From the NCBI GenBank assembly GCA_041912475.1, contig JAYRMX010000006.1:1-54477 (forward strand): a stretch of 54,477 bases of DNA. The letters run 5' to 3'. Position numbers and translations under genes: made by a program. This DNA comes from Myxococcota bacterium (GTDB lineage Bacteria > Myxococcota_A > UBA9160). Positions within the stretch are counted from its first letter, which is position 1. The number at the start of each line of letters is the position of its first letter. The notes beneath the pieces are model-generated. The model worked only from the letters and a program-made list of their open reading frames with translations. It made no database searches and had not been told where the DNA came from. Shown here piece by piece: positions 48,186 through 54,477 of the stretch.

Positions 48186-48607
48186 GATTCTGGGACACGT
48201 CGGCGATCGTTCCGCTCCTCGTCTCCGAGGCCAGGACCGCAAGCGCGCGGCGGTTGGCCGGCGAAGACCCGGGCATCATCGTCTGGTGGGCGACGCGGAC
48301 GGAGTGTGTTGCCGCTCTCGCGCGACGCCGTCGTGAGGGTGCGCTGACGTCTTCCGGCGAGCGCCTCGCCCGGAGCGTTCTCGCGCTGCTCGCAGCCGAG
48401 TGGTCGGAGGTCCTTCCCGGGGACGGCGTTCGGGAACGAGCGGAACGGCTCCTCTCGACGCATGCGCTCCGCACGGCCGACGCATTCCAGCTCGCTGCAG
48501 CGCTGCTGTGGAGCCGCGGAGGCACGCACGGGCTCGAGTTCGTGTCCCTCGACCTCCGGCTGCGAGAGGCCGCGCTGCGCGAGGGCTTTCAGCTCTTGCC
48601 CGCCTGA
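48182..48607 (+). CDS. vapC: PIN-domain toxin
   Basis: MRFWDTSAIVPLL..E, LRTADAFQLAAA, FVSLDLRLREAA..EGF; GTGA overlap with the antitoxin. Confidence 0.92.
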   Translation: MRFWDTSAIVPLLVSEARTASARRLAGEDPGIIVWWATRTECVAALARRRREGALTSSGERLARSVLALLAAEWSEVLPGDGVRERAERLLSTHALRTADAFQLAAALLWSRGGTHGLEFVSLDLRLREAALREGFQLLPA

Positions 48608-48755
48608 CGGCGGCGTTCGTCGGCCGGTGAGAGCCGCAGCGCGGCACCGCGCAGGCGGGTCTCGTCGCGCAGGCGCTGGCCCGTTCTCGATCGGCGATCC
48701 CCTCATCGAGTGGGAGCCGTCCGCTGCCCAAGCCGCCCTCTCCGTCCCGCCGCGC

Positions 48756-49281
48756 CTTGCCGCGACGCTCGCCCTTGCCGCCGCCACGCTCGCACCGCAC
48801 GCCGTCTCGGCCGTCACGAGCGACTGGGTGACCGTCGGTGCGCCGGGCAATGCCGCGGATACCAGCCCCGTCAACTGCGGCGCCTCGAACGCCTCGCCCT
48901 GCGGCGCCGTGGCGACGACGTACGAGATCGGGAGATCCGACGTCACGAACGCTCAGTACGCGGAGTTCCTGAACGAGGTGACGGCCGCCGACACCCTGCG
49001 CTCTACAACGGGAGCATGGGCAGCGATGCGACGCTCGGCGGCATCACGCGCAGCGCGTCTCGGGAAGCTGGAGCTACGCCGTGAAGTCAGGCTTCGCGAG
49101 CAAGACAGTTACGTACGTCTCGTTCTGGGTCGCGTCGCGCTCCTCCAAATGGCTCCAGAACGAGCAGCCGACGGGCCTGCAGACGTCTCTCACGACCGAG
49201 GACGGCTTCTACACGCTCACGCCCGCGGCGATCGCTACCAACTCGGTGCTGCGCAACGTGGTCGGGAACGTCTGGGAGTGG
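48756..49281 (+). pseudogene. Degraded FGE/SUMF1-domain secreted protein
   Basis: DWVTVGAPGNAADT...VTNAQYAEFLN / ALYNGSMGS...GGITRS / SYAVKSGFASKTVTYVSFW...GNVWEW across three frames (shifts near 48995 and 49060); the LPxExEW core is missing. Confidence 0.8.
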
Positions 49282-49374
49282 CGCGAGCCGGCGAGCGAGC
49301 TCGGCCGCACTCACGCCGAGGGCGTCGAGCTCCTCGAAGAGGTGTTCGCCCGGGTGAATTCCATGCCATTCCAT
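49282..49374 (-). pseudogene. higA: Truncated HigA antitoxin (N-terminal part)
   Basis: MEWHGIHPGEHLFEELDALGVSAAELARRL with GAGGA SD; similarity ends mid-HTH where the FGE remnant begins. Confidence 0.75.
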
Positions 49375-49392
49375 GGTGTCCTCGCCAGGCGG

Positions 49393-49446
49393 GTGGCAAT
49401 CGACGATTTCGACGTTCTCGGGGCCTCGGGCGACGGCGTGCCAGTC
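49393..49446 (-). pseudogene. higB: C-terminal remnant of HigB toxin
   Basis: W..VARGPENVEIVDCH matches the usual HigB end (GPxxVEIVDYH); stop codon lost; sits just upstream of the higA remnant. Confidence 0.6.
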
Positions 49447-49635
49447 GCTGTGCGCGCGCGAGACCATCCGCGCGCACGGATGGCTCGCGCAGCGACAACG
49501 CTACGAGGCCGGGGCGGCCCGCCCCTGGCGCAGATCGGGAGCCGGCCCCCCGGGCGCGGCGGCCCGGCGCGACCCCGAGGTCCGGGGCCGTCGCGTCGAC
49601 TGCGGTCAGCGCGCGCGAGCGCAGTCGCGCCCGGC

Positions 49636-51015
49636 CTACGCGACGCCGAGATCCCGGGCCGTCGCGTCGACTGCCTTGCGGGCGCGCGCGGCGAGCTCCT
49701 CGATCTCGGCGCGCGTGATGACCAGCGCCGGCGCGAAGCACAGCGCGTCGCGGACGACGCGGCAGGTGACGCCGGCACCGAAGCAGTGGTCGAGCGCGCG
49801 AAGGCCCACTTCTCCCGGCGGGTCGAAGAGCTCGTCGCGCGCCTTGTCACGGACCAGCTCGACGGCGGCCATGAGGCCGACGCCGCGCACCTCGCCGACG
49901 AGCGGGTGATCGGCGAGCGCCTCGCGCAGGCAGCGCTGCAGATACGGGCCGACGTCTTCGCGAACGCGCTCGACGAGCCCCTCGGCGGCCATGATCCGCA
50001 GGTTCTCGACGCCGACCGCGCACGCGAGCGGGTGACCCGAATACGTGTACCCGTGCGCGAGGCGGCCTCCCTTTTCGCCGAGCGTCTTCGCGACGCGCTC
50101 GCCGACGATCGCGGCCGAGAGCGGGACGTAGCCCGAGGTGATCGCCTTCGCGACGTTCATGAAGTCGGGCGCGATCCCGTAGGTCTGGCAGCCGAACCAC
50201 TCTCCCGTCCGGCCGAAGCCGCAGATCACCTCGTCGGCGACGAGCAGGACGTCGTGCTTGCGGCAGATCTCCTGCACGCGCGGCCAGTACGTCTCGGGCG
50301 GGACGAGGACGCCGCCTCCTCCCTGGACGGGCTCGGCGAAGAAGGCGGCGACGCGGTCGGCGCCGATCGCGAGGATCCGCTCTTCGAGCGCGTCGGCCGC
50401 GCGGCGCCCGAACTCGGCCGGCGTCGTTCCGCGGCCGTACTTGTACGTGTACGGAGGCATCACGTGCTCGACGTCGGGAAGCAGGCCGCTCATCGCGTGC
50501 ATCCCGGCCATTCCGCCGAGCGATGCGCCGGCGAGCGTCGAGCCGTGGTAGGCGTACTCGCGCGAGACGAGGATCTTCTTCTCGGGCCGCCCCTCGAGAT
50601 TCCAGAAGTGGCGCACCATACGCACGATCGTGTCGATCGACTCGGAGCCCGAATTGCCGAAGAAGACGTGATCGAGGCCGGGAGGCGCGAGCGAGGCGAC
50701 GCGCTCCGCGAGTTCGATCGTCGCGGGCGTCGTCGTGTCGAGGAAGCTCGAGTAGTACGAGAGCGTGCGGAGCTGGCGCTCGGCTGCCTCGGCGAGCTCG
50801 CGCCGGCCGTAGCCGACCGCGACGCACCAGAGGCCCGCGAGGCCGTCGAGGATGCGGTTGCCGTCCGAGTCCCAGAGCCAGACGCCTTCGCCGCGAACGA
50901 TGACGCGGGTTCCGCCGTGCGCGTGCATGCGCCCGGGATCGGTGAAGGGATGGATGTGGTGCGCCGCGTCGATGCGGCGCCACTCCGCGGTGCTGCGTTC
51001 GGGAGCTGCGGTCAT
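49636..51015 (-). CDS. Class-III PLP aminotransferase (omega-amino acid/polyamine type, SpuC-like)
   Basis: HHIHPFT, LDGLAGLWC, SGSES, YHGST, AEPVQGGGG, DEVICGFGRTG, AKAITSGY, HGYTYSGHP. Confidence 0.92.
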   Translation of the reverse strand: MTAAPERSTAEWRRIDAAHHIHPFTDPGRMHAHGGTRVIVRGEGVWLWDSDGNRILDGLAGLWCVAVGYGRRELAEAAERQLRTLSYYSSFLDTTTPATIELAERVASLAPPGLDHVFFGNSGSESIDTIVRMVRHFWNLEGRPEKKILVSREYAYHGSTLAGASLGGMAGMHAMSGLLPDVEHVMPPYTYKYGRGTTPAEFGRRAADALEERILAIGADRVAAFFAEPVQGGGGVLVPPETYWPRVQEICRKHDVLLVADEVICGFGRTGEWFGCQTYGIAPDFMNVAKAITSGYVPLSAAIVGERVAKTLGEKGGRLAHGYTYSGHPLACAVGVENLRIMAAEGLVERVREDVGPYLQRCLREALADHPLVGEVRGVGLMAAVELVRDKARDELFDPPGEVGLRALDHCFGAGVTCRVVRDALCFAPALVITRAEIEELAARARKAVDATARDLGVA

Positions 51016-51067
51016 CTCGTCTCCGGTCGGAATCGGGGCGACACCGGCGTTCGAGGCGGCGCGCGGG

Positions 51068-52126
51068 TCAGCCGAGCGCGACGGGGTCGCCTCCGCGCTC
51101 GGCCGAGCGGTACGCCGCGTCGATCACGGACTGGCACATGCGCGCCTCCTGCCGGTTCGCCGCAGCGGTGGCCGGCGACGCGAGCGCTGCCGCCAGCAGG
51201 TCGAGGACCGGCGGGAACCACGCCGCGTGCCACGAGTCGTCGGGCGCGTCGGGCGCGACCGGCCAGTCGCGCTCCGCGCCGCCCGCTCTGCGGACGCGGA
51301 CCTTCGCGCCGTCGATCGCGAGCTCGCCTTCGTCGCCCGTCAGCGTCACGGCCGTCCGGCGCTCGGCGGCGGCCCAGGTGAGTGCGAGCCTCGCTTCGGC
51401 GCCGCCGCCGAAGTGCAGCGTCACCTCGGCCGTGTCCTCGACGCTCGCCTGCGTGAAGCGGCGCCGTGCGGTCGTGGCGCGGACGCTGCGCGGTGCTCCG
51501 GCGCCGAGCAGCGCGCATGCGAGGTAGAGCTGGTGCCAGCCGTGGTCCACGAGGATCCCGCCGCCCGCGACGCTGCGGTCGAGGCGCCACGAGCGGGGGC
51601 CTCCGGCAGGCTCGGTCCGCTCGGTCACGAACTCGATGCGATGCGGGCGCCCGATCGCGCCCGCCTTCGCGGCCTCGCGTGCGGCGCGAAACGCCGGCGC
51701 GTAATGCCAGTTGTGCGCGGTTACGAGCGCGACGCCGGCGCGCTGCGCCGCCGCGAGCAGGCGCTCCGCGTCGGCGAGCGTCGTCGCGAGCGGCTTCTCG
51801 GCCAGCACGTGACGGCGCGCGATGATCGCCTCCGAGATCGTCTCGGCGTGCAGCGCCGGCGGAACGGCCACGTCGACGAAGGCCGGCCGCTCGGCTGCGA
51901 GCAGCTCGCGCAGGCTCGCGTAGAGGCGAACGCCCGGCCCGAGCGCTTCGCGTGCGCGCGCACGCCGCGCCGGGTCCGGCTCCGCAACGCTCGCGATCGC
52001 GAAGCCGCCGTGCCGGCGAAAGCCCGGCAGGTGGCCGTGCTCGGCGACGCCGCCGAAGCCGACGAGCGCGCCCTCGATCGGCTCGTTCGCGGCGGCGGGG
52101 CCTTCACCCGCGCGGCCCTCGGTCAA
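51068..52126 (-). CDS. Gfo/Idh/MocA family NAD(P)-dependent oxidoreductase
   Basis: GALVGFGGVA Rossmann motif, HVLAEKPLA, GGGILVDHGWH; TTG start overlaps the upstream stop (TTGA). Confidence 0.88.
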   Translation of the reverse strand: MTEGRAGEGPAAANEPIEGALVGFGGVAEHGHLPGFRRHGGFAIASVAEPDPARRARAREALGPGVRLYASLRELLAAERPAFVDVAVPPALHAETISEAIIARRHVLAEKPLATTLADAERLLAAAQRAGVALVTAHNWHYAPAFRAAREAAKAGAIGRPHRIEFVTERTEPAGGPRSWRLDRSVAGGGILVDHGWHQLYLACALLGAGAPRSVRATTARRRFTQASVEDTAEVTLHFGGGAEARLALTWAAAERRTAVTLTGDEGELAIDGAKVRVRRAGGAERDWPVAPDAPDDSWHAAWFPPVLDLLAAALASPATAAANRQEARMCQSVIDAAYRSAERGGDPVALG

Positions 52127-53448
52127 GCGCGCTCCGCCTCGATCTCCTCGAGCGCGGCTTCGAAGATGTCGAGCCCCGCGAGCGCCTCTTCCTCGCTGAT
52201 CACGAGCGGGGGGTTGATGCGAACGCGCGCGCCGTAGGCCATCACGAGCAGGCCGAGCTCGACGCAGCGCGTGTAGAGGCGCTCGGTGAGGCGCGCCGGG
52301 AGCGGCTCGCGCGTCTTTCGGTCGGCCACGAGGTCGACGCCGATCAGCAGGCCCTTGCCGCGCACGTCGCCGATCACGCGGAAGCGCTCCTGCATCTCGC
52401 GCAGCCGCTCGAGCACGAGCGCGCCGACGCGCTGCGAGTTCTCGACGAGGCCTTCCTCGAGGATCGTCTCGACGGTCGCGAGGGCGGCCGCCGAAGCGAG
52501 CGGGTTGCCGCCGTACGAGGACGAAGACGACGACGGCTTCGACCACGGCTCGGCCGCAGCGATCTCGGCGCTGGTGACGACGCCCGTCACCGGGAAGCCT
52601 GCGCCGAAACCCTTTCCGATGGTCATGATGTCGGGAAGCGTGTCCGTGTGCTCGAAGCCGAACATCGTCCCGGTGCGGCCGAAGCCCGTGATCATCTCGT
52701 CGACGATGAGGAGCGCGCCGAGCTCCTTCGCGAGATCCTGGATCGCGGGCAGCCAGTCGGGCGGAGGAACGACGTTGCCCGCCGTTCCCTGGATCGGCTC
52801 GACGATCACGGCCGCGACCGCGCCGAGGCTCGCGGCGCGGAGCTGCTCGCGTGCGAGATCGACACACCCGAGGCCGCAGCCGGGATACGCGGTCTTGAGC
52901 GGGCAGCGGTAGCAGTCGGCGTAGGGAACGAGATGCGCGCCGGGGGCGAGCGGGCCCCAGCCGCGCTTGAACGGATCGCCGATCAGCGAGAGGACGCCGC
53001 CGGTCTTGCCGTGAAAGCCTCCCCAGAACGAGACGACCTCGAACTTGCCGGTGCAGGCCTTGGCGAGGCGGATCGCCGACTCGACCGCCTCGGCGCCGCC
53101 CGAGTAGAGCTGCACGCGTCGAAGCGGCTCCGGGAGGATCGAAGCGAGGAGCTTGAGGAGCGCCACGCGCGCCTGGCTCGTGAAGGAGCCGACCGCGAGC
53201 TGGCTCGCCTGCCGCGAGATCGCCGAGGCCCAGCGGGGGTGGCTGTGACCGAGGCTCGCGACGCACACGCCGGCCATGAAATCGAGATACGAGCGGCCGT
53301 CCTCGTCCTCGAGAACCACGCCCTGTCCCGACCGCATCGCGACGCCGGCGAGGGTGGCGAGGCGCTGGATCCCGGGCGCGAGCCATTCCTGCTCCTCGGC
53401 CACGAGCTTCGCGGACTCGGGGCCGGAGGTCCTCCTCGGCTCGCTCAT
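52123..53448 (-). CDS. Class-III PLP aminotransferase (GabT/ArgD-like)
   Basis: YLDFMAG..VASLGHSHP, GGAEAVE, FHGKT, VEPIQG, DEMITGFGRTG, IGKG, SYGGNP. Confidence 0.9.
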   Translation of the reverse strand: MSEPRRTSGPESAKLVAEEQEWLAPGIQRLATLAGVAMRSGQGVVLEDEDGRSYLDFMAGVCVASLGHSHPRWASAISRQASQLAVGSFTSQARVALLKLLASILPEPLRRVQLYSGGAEAVESAIRLAKACTGKFEVVSFWGGFHGKTGGVLSLIGDPFKRGWGPLAPGAHLVPYADCYRCPLKTAYPGCGLGCVDLAREQLRAASLGAVAAVIVEPIQGTAGNVVPPPDWLPAIQDLAKELGALLIVDEMITGFGRTGTMFGFEHTDTLPDIMTIGKGFGAGFPVTGVVTSAEIAAAEPWSKPSSSSSSYGGNPLASAAALATVETILEEGLVENSQRVGALVLERLREMQERFRVIGDVRGKGLLIGVDLVADRKTREPLPARLTERLYTRCVELGLLVMAYGARVRINPPLVISEEEALAGLDIFEAALEEIEAERA

Positions 53449-54326
53449 GCGAACTCCTCATCCGGGGGGCAGGGTTGACGATCGGCCTCGCGGGACGCCC
53501 GCAGGCGGGCCAAGAGATACTGTGCAATCGCGGTCGCCGCATCCCGGCGGCAGCGGGAGAACGAGGGCCAGTCGTTGACGTCGACCACCCACGGCCGGCC
53601 CGCGGCGTCGGCCACGAGGTCGCCTCCGTAGACGGCGAGGCCGAGGGCTCGGGCCCCGGCCTCGGCCGCTGCGGCCCACGGCGCGGGCGCCGGACGCGGA
53701 CTCGCCGAGTCGCCCGCGTAGGCCCGGAAGAAGCCCGTTCCCGCGACGCCGTAGAACTTGATCGTCTCGCCCGGGACGTGCGCCTCGAGCACGGCCTGGC
53801 GAACGCCGCGCGCGGCGAGCGCCGAGAGGGCGCGCGCGGCCTCGGCCGCGCCGATCACGTGCTGCACATCGCCGGCGTGCGTCGCGTGGACGTCGCCGCG
53901 CTTGACCCAGACGCCTGCCTCGCCGCGCGCCTCGGCCCAAGCGAGCGCGCGCCGGCCCGGCCGAGCGCACAGGACCAGCCGTGCGTCCGGCCTCGAGACT
54001 CCCGCGCCCGCGAGCAGCGGCAACATGCGCCGCCGGTGACAGGCCTCGATCGGGCCTGCGGCGTGGACGAGCGGGATCCCGGCGCGCTCGAGACGGCGAA
54101 GGCCGCGCAGCGCTGCGGGGCCCTGGCACATCGCGAAGACGAGGTCGCTCCCGCGCGCGGCCTGCGCGACGCGCTCGGCCGGCAGCAGGCGAACGAGCGA
54201 TCCCTCGGCCTCGAGCGCTGCGGCCGTCTCCTCGAGGATCGCGCGGTCGTCGCCCACCTTCCCGGGCGAGTAGACCTCCTCGCGCAGGATGCCGGTGAAC
54301 GCGCAGCGGCTCCCGTTCACGCGCAC
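53445..54326 (-). CDS. ATP-grasp fold protein (REEVYSPG / KFYGV / DVNDWPSF family)
   Basis: VWVKRGDVH, LEAHVPG..IKFYGV, YGGDLV, VVDVNDWPSF resemble ATP-grasp nucleotide/metal motifs; GAGGAGG SD before GTG. Confidence 0.75.
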   Translation of the reverse strand: MRVNGSRCAFTGILREEVYSPGKVGDDRAILEETAAALEAEGSLVRLLPAERVAQAARGSDLVFAMCQGPAALRGLRRLERAGIPLVHAAGPIEACHRRRMLPLLAGAGVSRPDARLVLCARPGRRALAWAEARGEAGVWVKRGDVHATHAGDVQHVIGAAEAARALSALAARGVRQAVLEAHVPGETIKFYGVAGTGFFRAYAGDSASPRPAPAPWAAAAEAGARALGLAVYGGDLVADAAGRPWVVDVNDWPSFSRCRRDAATAIAQYLLARLRASREADRQPCPPDEEFA

Positions 54327-54477
54327 CCGGCGACCTCCTCGGCGGCCGCGAGATCGTCGGGCCGGTCGACGTCGACGACGTCGCCGAGATCGAAGGCCTC
54401 GAGCACGACGCCGTCGCGCGCGAGCGCCGAGAGCAGATCGTGCAGCGCGGCGCCGCCCGCTGCGAGGATCTCTGGTC
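54317..54477 (-). CDS. Nucleotidyltransferase (NTP_transferase), 3' end; gene continues beyond the window
   Basis: ...LLSALARDGVVLEAFDLGDVVDVDRPDDLAAAE..*; DVDxxxD is the typical C-terminal motif. Confidence 0.7.
   Translation of the reverse strand, partial: PEILAAGGAALHDLLSALARDGVVLEAFDLGDVVDVDRPDDLAAAEEVAGCA

Noticed and set aside
49081-51381. 766-aa ORF beginning with FGE-like sequence
   Set aside because: Only the first ~67 codons are FGE-derived; the rest is antisense read-through of higBA and the aminotransferase.

Overview
High-GC (visibly >70%) bacterial chromosome segment, probably Myxococcota/deltaproteobacterial (inferred from gene order, a DUF4388/TPR pair, a zinc-ribbon-receiver protein and a stand-alone peptidase-M17 N-domain). 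1-19.8 kb is a tightly coupled housekeeping run: glyA(3')-nrdR-ribD-ribH-nusB-M17N-ZnR/REC-lptE-holA-[GH5 endoglycoceramidase-like]-rpsT, then TPR-DUF4388-phoH-ybeY-lnt-prfB(+1 frameshift)-lysS-lolC/E-lolD. 20-36 kb is the best candidate for an undescribed system: a PEP-CTERM protein, a 2072-aa lipoprotein (FN3/Ig stalk, internal hydrophobic hairpin, long K/Q-rich helical insert apparently inside an FN3 domain, beta-propeller) and a 2993-aa secreted, anchor-less protein (Ig stalk plus five Gly-rich repeats with an exact 627-aa period). One Ig-like domain appears split between the two giants, suggesting strand-complementation docking. 36-54 kb holds a nitroreductase, a kappa-GST/DsbA protein, uvrA, a YddA-like ABC protein with a degenerate ATPase, a 4Fe-4S gene remnant, an amidohydrolase, TetR with an orphan steroid-C25-dehydrogenase-like Mo enzyme, intact vapBC, decayed FGE and higBA remnants, and the end of an NTP-transferase / ATP-grasp / aminotransferase / Gfo-Idh-MocA / aminotransferase operon. 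No rRNA, tRNA, CRISPR array or transposase was recognised. All calls come from motif recognition by eye; no database search was run.
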